64,000 bases of DNA from the NCBI GenBank assembly GCA_022793315.1, contig JAAWCO010000084.1, positions 3,364 through 67,363 on the forward strand. The letters are read 5' to 3'. Each line of letters begins with the position of its first letter. Positions within the stretch are counted from its first letter, which is position 1. The position numbers were made by a program, and so were the translations under genes. Of this stretch, positions 55,138-63,921 are shown piece after piece. A model generated the notes under the pieces. It saw only the letters and a list, made by a program, of their open reading frames with translations, was not told the DNA's origin and searched no databases. Origin of the DNA: Clostridiales bacterium. Its GTDB lineage: Bacteria; Bacillota; Clostridia; Oscillospirales; Acutalibacteraceae.

Positions 55138-56654
55138 ATGGAGGAAAAAGTCAACGCTCAGGAAAAGCGTGGAAGGAAATGGTATTGGCTGCTGGTTCTG
55201 CTTCCCGTCCTTCTGATTTTGGCCGGTGCGGCGGTATGGGCGGCAGGGACGTTTTTCGGTCTTTCCCGCCTTCCGGTCCCGAATAACGTATCGGCCGAGA
55301 ATGTCGGCTTGCATGAGCTCCGGATTTCCTGGGACAGCTCCCCCAAAATTCAACAGTATCAGGTGATTCTGTCAACGGAAGAATTCACCCGGGAAAAACT
55401 GATCGAAAACGGCTGGCAGGATGGGCCCTATGACGTTTCCATCGTTGAAAATGCCGCCGAAATCACCATTCATTCGCTCCTGCCGGATACGGATTACTAC
55501 ATTGCCGTCGCTGCCTGCCGCGAGGGAAAGGAGAAAATCACCTGCTCAGATCCCAGCGAAACGGTAAAAATTCACACTTCGTCATTGGAGGTGGGAAGAG
55601 TAGCGGATTTAACCGCAGAGGAAGTAACGGACCGGCAAATAAAATTAAAATGGACGGATTGGACCACCAGCGAAAAAAATCAGGATCATACGGATATTGA
55701 CATCACCTATACCCTGCTCTGTACAGCGCTGCCGACGGAAAATTCGACAGAAGCGGATAGGACAATCATCCAGGAAGCTCTCCGGGAGCCGGCATACATC
55801 ATCACCGACGCCGCCCCTTTCACCCGATATGCTTATACGGTGGTGGCAAACGCCCTGATAGACGGAAAAGCGGTCAGCGGGGAAAGCAGCGAAGTACTGG
55901 AGGTGCTGACAAAGCCGGAGGCCGTTGCCGGCCTTGACGCCAGGGCCGACGGAACCTCCTCCCTGGCCGTCACATGGAAGCCATACGAGCTGAACCCGGG
56001 GACAGAGGCGGTCGTTACCTATTCCCTCTATGGCTCTGACCAGGAGGATGCCGAATTTACCCTGCTGGAAGAGAATATGACCGATACCGCCTATACAGAA
56101 ACCGGGCTGACAGGAAATCAGACCAGGTATTATTACGTCGTCGCCCATATCCTTCTGGAAGGTGAAAAATACGCCGGTATGGCCTGCCAGCCCGTATCCG
56201 CGACAACAAATCCACCTGTTACAGCGCCCCCCTCCCCGCCGGCGCCCCCCCATCCTCCGGAAACAGTTCACCGTCCGGCGGCGCCACTGAAGGCAAATAC
56301 GCTCAGGCCCGAACGGTCTCACAGCAAATCGCTGCCGGTATCACCGGGAACAGCGATCTCGAAAAAATATCCCAGGCCGCCAGCGCCGTTGCTGGATACT
56401 GTGCAAACGCCTCCTATACCACCAATGGTTCAGACTATGCGACGGCCTATGGCGTCTTTATCAAGGGGGAATATTCCTGCGCGGGAGCAACGCGCGCGCT
56501 GGGTATGGTATTGGAGTGCATGGGTTATTCCTGGCAGCACGCCAATGAAAATCAATGGACGCATCAATGGGTGATTGTGACGATGGATGGAGAGCCGGGA
56601 TGGGGCGACGGACAGATCGGCTGGGCCGGCTATGGAACGCATCCCCTCGCCTGA
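55138..56654 (+). pseudogene. membrane-anchored FN3-repeat protein with a C-terminal transglutaminase-like (Cys-His-Asp) domain, frame broken at a poly-C tract
   Basis: ATG 55138 follows GGAGG. It has a TM and FN3-like repeats. After the C7 run at 56245-56251 the listed frame becomes junk, while the -1 frame, open from 56166 to the stop at 56652-56654, reads GKYAQARTVSQQIAAG...GEYSCAGATRALGMVLECMGYSWQHANENQWTHQWVIVTMDGEPGWGDGQ. Confidence 0.6.
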
Positions 56655-56760
56655 TACCGCCCCGATACATTCTTTCCCCTTCCGCCGATTTCTCCGCCAG
56701 CCTGGTGTTCTGTCTCCTACCGTCTGTTTCCGGCTTCAAAATAGGCCCGCCGGTCCAAAG

Positions 56761-56810
56761 GCACCGGATGTTCCCTCGCCGACAGGCGAAAGAACATCCG
56801 GTGTTTGTTT
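56761..56810. terminator. terminator between convergent genes
   Basis: GCACCGGATGTTC / GAACATCCGGTG stem followed by TTTGTTTG. Confidence 0.6.
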
Positions 56811-56828
56811 GATAGGGGAACTCCAGGT

Positions 56829-58259
56829 TCACTCCGACTCCGTCAGCAGCCTTTGCAGCAGCACAGCGATGACACGGGGATTTCCCTGTCCGCCGCTTTC
56901 CCGGATGGTCAAACCAATCAGCTGCTGAAGGGCCTGTGTTTTTCCCCGACGATAGTCAGCGGCTGCCGCGGGCTGCGCGTCCAGCGTCTTTCGGACGGCG
57001 GGGAGCAGACTGGCCTCGTCGCTGATCTGCCACAGACGCCCCTCTTCAATCAGGCGGTCGGGATCTCCATCCTTCTCCCACAGGCGGGCCACCAGCTTCT
57101 TGGCCGTTCCAGCGTGAATCCGCTCCTCTGCCAGCAGGTCGGCCAGCCGTCCCAGCCGCGCGGGCGCAATGGCAATCGGTTCCTCGTCGGAGGTCCGGAG
57201 ACGAAAGACCTCCGTGAACAGCAGATTGACCACCTGCCGGGGATGCGCGGAGGCAGCGGCCGCCGCCTCAAAATAATCCGCGACCGCCCGGTCGGCGGTG
57301 AGTTGCTCCGCTTCCCGCGCCGTCAGGCCGTATCGGGCGATATATTCCTGCTTGCGCTGATCAGGAAGGGGCGGAATGGCGGCACGCAGCCGCTCAATAT
57401 CCGCCTCCTCCAGCACAATGGGGGGCAGATCGGGGTCGGGAAAATAGCGGTAATCATCCGCATTTTCCTTGGAGCGCATGGAAAAGGTTTTTCCGCTGGC
57501 CTGATCAAAGCGGCGGGTCTCCTGTACAATCCGGCCGCCGCTTTCCAGCGTTTCCACCTGCCGACGAAATTCGTATTCAATCGCCTTGGCAATAAACTGG
57601 AAGGCGTTCAGATTTTTCATCTCGGTGCGGGTGCCAAACGCCCGCTCCCCCTTTTTGCGCACCGACAGATTGACATCGCAGCGCAGCGAGCCCTCCTGCA
57701 TGCGGCAGTCGGATACCCCCGTGTACAGCAAAACCGCCCGCAGCTTCCGGACATAGGCCTTCGCCTCCTCTGCACTGCGGATATCCGGCTCGGACACGAT
57801 CTCGATCAGCGGCACCCCGCAGCGGTTGTAATCGCACAGAGTCCCGCCTCCCTCCAGATGCAGGAGCTTTCCGGCATCCTCCTCGATGTGAATGCGGGTG
57901 ATCCCAATGCGCCTGCTTCCCGCTTCGGTTTCGATATCCAGATACCCATTGCGGCACAGCGGCAGGTCGTATTGAGAGATCTGATACGCCTTGGGTAAAT
58001 CGGGGTAAAAATAATTTTTCCGGTCCATCTTGGAATAGCGCGCAATTTCGCAGCCGGTCGCCAGACCGGCCATTACGGCATATTCCACCACCTGACGGTT
58101 GAGCACCGGCAGGGAGCCGGGCAGCCCCATACAGACCGGACAGCATTGGGTATTGGGCTCCGCCCCAAAAGCGGTGGAACAGCCGCAGAAAATCTTGGCC
58201 CGGGTTTTCAGCTCACAGTGGACCTCCAGCCCGATCACCATCTCATAATCCTTCAGCAT
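56829..58259 (-). CDS. gatB: Asp-tRNA(Asn)/Glu-tRNA(Gln) amidotransferase subunit B
   Basis: MLKDYEMVIGLEVHCELKTRAKIFCGCSTAFGAEPNTQCCPVCMGLPGSLPVLN. Confidence 0.95.
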   Translation of the reverse strand: MLKDYEMVIGLEVHCELKTRAKIFCGCSTAFGAEPNTQCCPVCMGLPGSLPVLNRQVVEYAVMAGLATGCEIARYSKMDRKNYFYPDLPKAYQISQYDLPLCRNGYLDIETEAGSRRIGITRIHIEEDAGKLLHLEGGGTLCDYNRCGVPLIEIVSEPDIRSAEEAKAYVRKLRAVLLYTGVSDCRMQEGSLRCDVNLSVRKKGERAFGTRTEMKNLNAFQFIAKAIEYEFRRQVETLESGGRIVQETRRFDQASGKTFSMRSKENADDYRYFPDPDLPPIVLEEADIERLRAAIPPLPDQRKQEYIARYGLTAREAEQLTADRAVADYFEAAAAASAHPRQVVNLLFTEVFRLRTSDEEPIAIAPARLGRLADLLAEERIHAGTAKKLVARLWEKDGDPDRLIEEGRLWQISDEASLLPAVRKTLDAQPAAAADYRRGKTQALQQLIGLTIRESGGQGNPRVIAVLLQRLLTESE

Positions 58260-59698
58260 ACGGATTCAGCCTCCTTTTCCAGCGCACGGCCAATGCGGTA
58301 CAGCTCCGGCTCGGAGAAGGCCGGACCAATCAGCTGCACGCCGATGGGCATCCCCTCCGCGTCCTTCCCGCAGGGCAGGGAGAGCGCGGGCAGGCCGGCG
58401 ATATTGACCGGCACGGTGTAGATATCCCCCAGATACATGGCAAGGGGGTCGGCTGTCTGGGAGCCGAGCGGGTAAGCGGTGGTGGGGGCCACCGGCGACA
58501 GCACGGCGTCACAGGACTCAAACAGATGGGCAAAGTCCTGCGCCACCAGGGTGCGGACCTGCAGCGCCTTTTTGTAATAAGCGTCGTAGTAGCCGGCGCT
58601 GAGCGCAAAGGAGCCCATCAGAATCCGTCGTCTGACCTCCCGGCCAAAGCCCTCACTCCGGGTCTTCTGATACAGCCCGGCGACGCTCTCCTCCCCCTCC
58701 GCACGATAACCGTACCTGACCCCATCAAACCGCGCCAGATTGGAGGAGGCCTCCGCGCTGGACAGCAGGTAATAGGCAGACAGAGCGCCTGACAGGGTAG
58801 GCATCGACGCCTCCAGCAGATGGGCGCCCTGCCGCTCCAGCCGGCGGGCCGCCGCCTCCACCGCTGCTTTGACCTGTGGGTCAAGCCCCTCGCCGAAATA
58901 CTCCCGCGGCAGAGCGATCCGCATCCCCTTCACCCCGTCCTCCAGCCGGGCGGCGTAATCGGATACCCGGCGGTCCACCGACGTGGCGTCCCGACGGTCG
59001 CGCCCCGCAATGGTGTTCATCACCAGGGCGGAATCGGTGACATCCCGTGTCAGGGGGCCAATCTGGTCAAGAGAGGAGGCAAAAGCGACCAGACCGTATC
59101 GGGAAACGGTACCGTAGGTGGGCTTCATCCCCACCACCCCGCAGAAGGCGGCGGGCTGGCGGATGGAGCCGCCGGTATCTGAACCAAGGGTGAAGGCCGC
59201 CTCATGGGCAGCCACCGCCGCCGCGCTGCCGCCGGAGGAACCGCCGGGCACCCGTTCGGGGTTCCGGGGATTGCGGGTGGGGTGAAAATACGAGCTTTCG
59301 GTGGTAGAGCCCATGGCAAACTCATCCATATTCAGCTTGCCCAGCAAAACGGCCCCAGCGGTATCCAGCACCTCCGCCACCCCGGCGCTGTAGGGCGGAA
59401 CATATTGCGCCAGCATACGGGAAGCGCAGGTGGTTTGAATACCTTTTGTACAAATATTATCTTTTAATCCCATTGGTATACCGGCCAGCTCCGGCAGCTC
59501 TTCTCCCTGCCCCCGACGGCGGTCTATCTCCTTCGCCTGTTCCAAAGCCCGCTCTTCTGTCACGGTGAGATAGGCGCCGGTTTCCGATTCTCTCCGGCGG
59601 ATTTCTGTCAGGTAAGCCTCCGCGGTCTCCCGCGCTGATATTTCACGCCGCTGCAGGGCGTCCCTCAGATCAGCAGCGGTTAACTCAATGATCTGCAT
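58253..59698 (-). CDS. gatA: Asp-tRNA(Asn)/Glu-tRNA(Gln) amidotransferase subunit A
   Basis: ATG 59698 follows GGAGAGGAGGGA. GIPMGLKDNICTKG and the amidase signature GGSSGGSAAAVA. Confidence 0.95.
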   Translation of the reverse strand: MQIIELTAADLRDALQRREISARETAEAYLTEIRRRESETGAYLTVTEERALEQAKEIDRRRGQGEELPELAGIPMGLKDNICTKGIQTTCASRMLAQYVPPYSAGVAEVLDTAGAVLLGKLNMDEFAMGSTTESSYFHPTRNPRNPERVPGGSSGGSAAAVAAHEAAFTLGSDTGGSIRQPAAFCGVVGMKPTYGTVSRYGLVAFASSLDQIGPLTRDVTDSALVMNTIAGRDRRDATSVDRRVSDYAARLEDGVKGMRIALPREYFGEGLDPQVKAAVEAAARRLERQGAHLLEASMPTLSGALSAYYLLSSAEASSNLARFDGVRYGYRAEGEESVAGLYQKTRSEGFGREVRRRILMGSFALSAGYYDAYYKKALQVRTLVAQDFAHLFESCDAVLSPVAPTTAYPLGSQTADPLAMYLGDIYTVPVNIAGLPALSLPCGKDAEGMPIGVQLIGPAFSEPELYRIGRALEKEAESVC

Positions 59699-59715
59699 AA
59701 CGGTTCCCTCCTCTC

Positions 59716-59988
59716 CTATTCCACGGTGCGGGGGACGGCAAAACAACCCGCCTCTGTCCGTGGGGCGCCAGCCAGCAACGCGCTGCGGGGGAAGCTCTCC
59801 TCTGCTGTATCCTCCCGCAGGACATTGTACACCGGCAGGACATGGGCGGTCGGCTCCACCCCGTCGGTGTCCAGCGACTCGATCTGCCCGGCAAAGGCGA
59901 TCATACCAGACAGCTCCCGCCGGACATTTTCCTTCTCCTTCCCGGTCAGGGTAAGCATGGACAGCTGCGCGATTCGCTCCACATCCAT
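59716..59988 (-). CDS. gatC: GatC module (possible independent start at ATG 59988, weak RBS)
   Basis: MDVERIAQLSMLTLTGKEKENVRRELSGMIAFAGQIESLDTDGVEPTAHV... 90 aa, typical GatC. It is in the same frame as aspS with no stop between them. Confidence 0.6.
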   Translation of the reverse strand: MDVERIAQLSMLTLTGKEKENVRRELSGMIAFAGQIESLDTDGVEPTAHVLPVYNVLREDTAEESFPRSALLAGAPRTEAGCFAVPRTVE

Positions 59989-61797
59989 ATCGCGGGGAAC
60001 GCCCCGCTCTGCGGCCGGCCGATCAGGGGCAGAAACGCCTTTCAGCGTCAGCCCCAGCAGCGACAGCTGGGACTCCTCCACCCGGCCCGGCGCGCCGGTG
60101 AGCGGGCAGGCGCCGTCCCGCAGCTTCGGAAAGGCAATCACCTCGCGCAGGGAGTCCGCTCCGGCCAGCAGCATAACCAGACGGTCCAGCCCGAAGGCAA
60201 AGCCTCCGTGAGGCGGCGCACCGTACCGGAAAGCATTCACGAAAAAGCCGAACCGCCGTTCGATCTCCTCCTCGGAAAAGCCCAGCGCCTGAAACATCGC
60301 CTGCTGAATATCCCGGCAATGGATACGCATGCTCCCGCTTCCCAGCTCCACGCCATTGAGCACGGCGTCAAAGGCCTGGGAGCGCACCCGTTCGGGGTCG
60401 GCGGTCAAATAGGGAATGTCCTCAGCACAGGGCATGGTAAAGGGATGATGAGCAGACACCCAGCGCCCTTCCTCCTCCGCGTATTCAAAGGCGGGAAAAT
60501 CGGTGACAAATAGGAAGGAATATGCCTCCTTCCGCCGCAGCCCCAGCCGGTCGCCCAGATGGAGGCGAAGGCCTCCCAGCACCCGGCGAACCACCGGCAG
60601 ACTGTCGGCGCAGAAAAGGAGAAAGTCGCCGGGCTGCCCGTCCAGGGTGTGAAGCAGCGCCTCCATATCTCCCACAGAGAAATACTTGGTCAGGACCGAA
60701 TACAGCTCGCCGTCCGGGCGAATCGCGATCCAGGCCATCCCCTTTGCACCGAGTGAAAGAGCCTGCCCGGTCAGCTCCTCAATATCCGACCGGGTAAAGG
60801 AGGCGCCGCCCTTCACATTGATGGCACGGACCACGCCGCCTGCCTCCACCGCGTGGTGAAAGACCGAGAAGCCGCATCGCCCGGCAACATCCGTAACATC
60901 GACAATCGGCAGCTCAAAGCGCAGATCGGGCTTGTCGCTGCCGTAACGGTCCATCGCCTCCCGCCAGGTGAGACGGGGTGCCGGATCAGGAAGCTCTATC
61001 CCCTTCACCTCACGCAGCAGGCGGCGGAACAGCGATTCCAGAAATTGCAGGATATCCTCCTGCTCCACGAAGGACAGCTCCATATCCACCTGAGTGAATT
61101 CCGGCTGGCGGTCGGCGCGCAGGTCCTCATCCCGGTAGCAGCGGGCGATTTGATAATATCGGTCAACGCCGCCCACCATCAGCAGCTGCTTGAACAGCTG
61201 GGGCGACTGGGGCAGCGCATAAAAGGACCCTGGGGAAACCCGGCTGGGTACCAGATAGTCGCGCGCTCCCTCCGGTGTGCTCTGAGTCAGGGTAGGGGTC
61301 TCCACCTCCCAAAAGCCGTCCTCCTCCAGCAGACGGCGGACCGTCCGCGCTGTCTCATGCCGCAGGCGCAGGTTACGCTGCATCTGCTCCCGGCGCAGGT
61401 CGAGATAACGGTAGCGGAGCCGCAGCTCCTCCCGTACGGCTCCCGCTTCCTCCGGCGGAAAGGGCGGTGTGTCCGCCGCACACAGCAGCTCCAGTCTGTC
61501 GGCCCGCAGCTCCACCGTGCCGGTGGGCAATCGGGGATTGTAGGTCTCCTCATCCCGGATGGCAACCTGTCCGCGGACAGCGACCACCGACTCATTACGC
61601 AGTGTCTCCGCTGTGTGAAAATCCGCGGCGGACAGGCGGTTGGCGCTGCACACCACCTGTAAAATGCCCGCCCGGTCCCTCAGGTCAAGAAAGATCACGC
61701 CTCCCATATCCCGGCGTCTCTCCACCCAGCCGGCGGCCCACGCCATGCTTCCCACATGATTTTCGCGAAAATCCCCACAATAGGCTGTCCGTTTCAT
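59716..61797 (-). CDS. aspS: aspartate--tRNA ligase continuing in frame into GatC (693-codon ORF)
   Basis: ATG 61797 (MKRTAYCGDF) follows AAAGGGTGA. Class II AspRS blocks are FLDLRDRAGILQVV, YYQIARCYRDEDLRADRQPEFTQVD and GGFAFGLDRLVM. After ...SQLSLLGLTLK there is a ~20-aa linker and then the GatC sequence, with no stop codon. Confidence 0.8.
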   Translation of the reverse strand: MKRTAYCGDFRENHVGSMAWAAGWVERRRDMGGVIFLDLRDRAGILQVVCSANRLSAADFHTAETLRNESVVAVRGQVAIRDEETYNPRLPTGTVELRADRLELLCAADTPPFPPEEAGAVREELRLRYRYLDLRREQMQRNLRLRHETARTVRRLLEEDGFWEVETPTLTQSTPEGARDYLVPSRVSPGSFYALPQSPQLFKQLLMVGGVDRYYQIARCYRDEDLRADRQPEFTQVDMELSFVEQEDILQFLESLFRRLLREVKGIELPDPAPRLTWREAMDRYGSDKPDLRFELPIVDVTDVAGRCGFSVFHHAVEAGGVVRAINVKGGASFTRSDIEELTGQALSLGAKGMAWIAIRPDGELYSVLTKYFSVGDMEALLHTLDGQPGDFLLFCADSLPVVRRVLGGLRLHLGDRLGLRRKEAYSFLFVTDFPAFEYAEEEGRWVSAHHPFTMPCAEDIPYLTADPERVRSQAFDAVLNGVELGSGSMRIHCRDIQQAMFQALGFSEEEIERRFGFFVNAFRYGAPPHGGFAFGLDRLVMLLAGADSLREVIAFPKLRDGACPLTGAPGRVEESQLSLLGLTLKGVSAPDRPAAERGVPRDMDVERIAQLSMLTLTGKEKENVRRELSGMIAFAGQIESLDTDGVEPTAHVLPVYNVLREDTAEESFPRSALLAGAPRTEAGCFAVPRTVE

Positions 61798-62152
61798 TGT
61801 TTTCACCCTTTCTGACAGATCTCTGTACCGCAGCCTGGAAGCCGGTTTCCCTTGGAAAGCCAATAAAAAAAGGCCATTCGTCCCCCTGATAAGGGACGAA
61901 AAGCCTTGCTTTCCGCGGTACCACCCATTGTAACCGCCCCATTGCGGTTCTCTTTCGGCACACGGTTGGATACCCGGATGCCTAACCGGCTGTAACGTGC
62001 CGCCCACGGCTGAGTCTACTCGGCGATGCACAGCATCCCTTTCGGTCAGCGACTCCTGGCTGTTCTTCCGCTGGCAATCTGTACCGGGCTTCCACCTGCC
62101 CCGGCTCTCTGTGACGACCCTGCCAGCGTACTCGTCCAATCAACGTCTGTCT
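61798..62152 (-). promoter_or_regulatory. T-box riboswitch leader of aspS-gatCAB, probable Asn (AAC) specifier
   Basis: The minus strand carries the T-box AATGGGTGGTACCGCG (61914-61929) and stem I elements GAGTA, AGAGAG and GGTGGAA. GGAAG-AAC-A sits in the specifier position (AAC = 62062-62064). Terminator GGCTTTTCGTCCC...GGGGACGAATGGCC followed by TTTTTTT (61864-61907). Confidence 0.8.
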
Positions 62153-62158
62153 GCTTTT

Positions 62159-62186
62159 ATTATATTCGCCCTCTGTGAAAAATCAA
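62159..62186 (-). promoter_or_regulatory. putative promoter of the T-box leader
   Basis: Minus strand TTGATT-N16-TATAAT. Confidence 0.5.
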
Positions 62187-62284
62187 GGGGGAAGAACCAT
62201 AAATTTTTTGTTTGATGCCGCCCAAAACCGTCCGGATTGTATATTTGAATCTGTATATACAATCAGTAATCGATTTAACCGGGT

Positions 62285-62668
62285 TTAAAAAGGATAAAAC
62301 GGTAAATTTCGCAAAATGCCAAATAGCAAAAGCAGGACAGTCGTCAATATCAGCAGCACCGATTCCCATCGCCGGGGCCGTGTATCGCCGGTCCGCAGAT
62401 ACCGAATCAGCAGGGAAAAAGCTACCGCCGCAAAAAGAGGCAGCAGCAGCAGCAGGGCCGCGTTCGCCCGAAAGGCGGCGGCAAAATCCAGCCGAAGCAG
62501 CGCCAGACACAGACGGGAAATACCGCAGCCGGGACAATCCAGCCCGGTCAGCAAATGAAAAAAGCAGGGGATTCCCCAGCCGGTCAGGGTACAAAAAAGA
62601 GCGTACCCTGATCCGACAAGGCAGATCAGGGCCGCTTTTTTCAGCAAATAAAACGCGCGCGCCTTCAT
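62285..62668 (-). CDS. DUF2752-type membrane protein (CPxCG motif)
   Basis: 127 aa, with LDCPGCGISR and several TM helices. Confidence 0.65.
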   Translation of the reverse strand: MKARAFYLLKKAALICLVGSGYALFCTLTGWGIPCFFHLLTGLDCPGCGISRLCLALLRLDFAAAFRANAALLLLLPLFAAVAFSLLIRYLRTGDTRPRRWESVLLILTTVLLLLFGILRNLPFYPF

Positions 62669-62676
62669 CCAACGAA

Positions 62677-63027
62677 TCAGGCAGCAGGATTGACCATGCT
62701 GTTGATCTCATTCTGGATCAGGGCGAGGGTGACAAAGCTGAGGCCGACAAGGTGCAGGACCAGGTACAGGATGCCGTTGTTGCTGGACGGAATATTCCGC
62801 TGCTGCTTGGCCTGATCGACCTTTTCGCCCATCTTGAAGGCCCAGTACAGGCCGTAAATGTTGCAGGTAACCACAGTCAAAACAAAGGACAGTCCGCCGG
62901 ACGGAGCGCCGCTCTGATTGGAGAGCTGATTCATCTCATTGGTAACACAGATGAACCAGTAGATGTAGTAGATACCGCAGGTGACGATGGACAAGACGAC
63001 GGCTAACGGGATGTTTCTCTGTTGCAT
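62677..63027 (-). CDS. DUF4234-type small membrane protein
   Basis: 116 aa with the duplicated motif CGIYYIYW / CNIYGLYW. GGAGGAA RBS. Confidence 0.65.
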   Translation of the reverse strand: MQQRNIPLAVVLSIVTCGIYYIYWFICVTNEMNQLSNQSGAPSGGLSFVLTVVTCNIYGLYWAFKMGEKVDQAKQQRNIPSSNNGILYLVLHLVGLSFVTLALIQNEINSMVNPAA

Positions 63028-63432
63028 GACAATTCCTCCTTTAATTTTACCACGTCTAACTGTGGTTTATTATACGAAAAAACAGGTTTCTTGTCAATTC
63101 CCCTGTAACGGAAATCTGTTTTTTTTCGATACAGGCGTCATCTGTTCTTATATATGCAGAAACAAAAAAAATTATGTTATGCTTTATGTATAAAACGCCC
63201 CATCAGCGGAACACCTTCGAGCCGGAGCCCGCCGGGTCTGCCGCCCGAAAAGCAGAGGGGCTTTCGTTTTTCCGCTATACTTTTATCTGTATGTCACATA
63301 TATCGTCTTGCCGTAGAAAAGGATAGGCTGTCCCTCCCTTCCTGTCTCCCTCCCTTCTCAGGCCAGCTTCGGAAACCGCCTGCTATCACCAAAGAAAAAG
63401 GACTCCAGGGCTCCTGCTCCGCCTTCTTAAAT

Positions 63433-63473
63433 TGAGAAAAGGGCCGTTCCCCGCCAGCTGCGGGGAACGGCCC
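63433..63473 (-). terminator. rho-independent terminator after the coat-F-like gene
   Basis: Minus strand GGGCCGTTCCCCG-CAGCTGG-CGGGGAACGGCCC followed by TTTTCTCAATTT. Confidence 0.75.
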
Positions 63474-63481
63474 TTCAGGCT

Positions 63482-63727
63482 TTACTGTGCGCTGAACTTC
63501 TGCTTGACGGTATTTACCCGGGTCTGATCTACCTGCTCGCTGGGATACCAGCCCTTGGCTGCCATCTTGCTGTAAAGGGTATCCTGCATGCAGAGTGAAT
63601 CATTCAGCGCCGTGCTGAAGGCCTGATGCACATTGGCGGTCGGCGATTCAATCGTACCGTGCATAAACAGGTCACAGGCGCCCTTCTCCAGAAGAAGAAT
63701 GTTTTCCATCAAATTTTTGTCGTCCAT
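63482..63727 (-). CDS. spore coat protein F-like (ferritin-like coat F domain) protein
   Basis: ATG 63727 follows GGGAGGAA. MDDKNLMENILLLEKGACDLFMHGTIESPTANVHQAFSTALNDSLCMQDTLYSKM. Confidence 0.65.
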   Translation of the reverse strand: MDDKNLMENILLLEKGACDLFMHGTIESPTANVHQAFSTALNDSLCMQDTLYSKMAAKGWYPSEQVDQTRVNTVKQKFSAQ

Positions 63728-63747
63728 GCTGATTCCTCCCAACACCG

Positions 63748-63921
63748 TTAAAGTAAGCCGTAAAAGCTCTGGAAAATCTGCTGATGCTTCTGCGCCATCT
63801 GCTCGACGCAGGATTTCAGCTCCGCATCCTGGATCTGGTTCATCGTCTCCTGACACTTGGTCTGAAAGTACTGTTCATGGCTCAGCGCGTCCTCAACGTA
63901 CAGCAGCTCCTTTGTGGTCAT
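63748..63921 (-). CDS. small partner protein of the coat-F-like gene (hypothetical, 57 aa)
   Basis: Not in the ORF track because it is under 60 aa. ATG 63921 follows AGGAGGG. It reads MTTKELLYVEDALSHEQYFQTKCQETMNQIQDAELKSCVEQMAQKHQQIFQSFYGLL, with the stop 20 nt before the next start. Confidence 0.5.
   Translation of the reverse strand: MTTKELLYVEDALSHEQYFQTKCQETMNQIQDAELKSCVEQMAQKHQQIFQSFYGLL

Noticed and set aside
61798-62139. 114-codon N-terminal extension of the aspS ORF.
   Set aside because: This stretch contains the T-box, its terminator and a T7 run. The ATG at 61797 with an AAAGGGTGA RBS gives a normal AspRS N-terminus.
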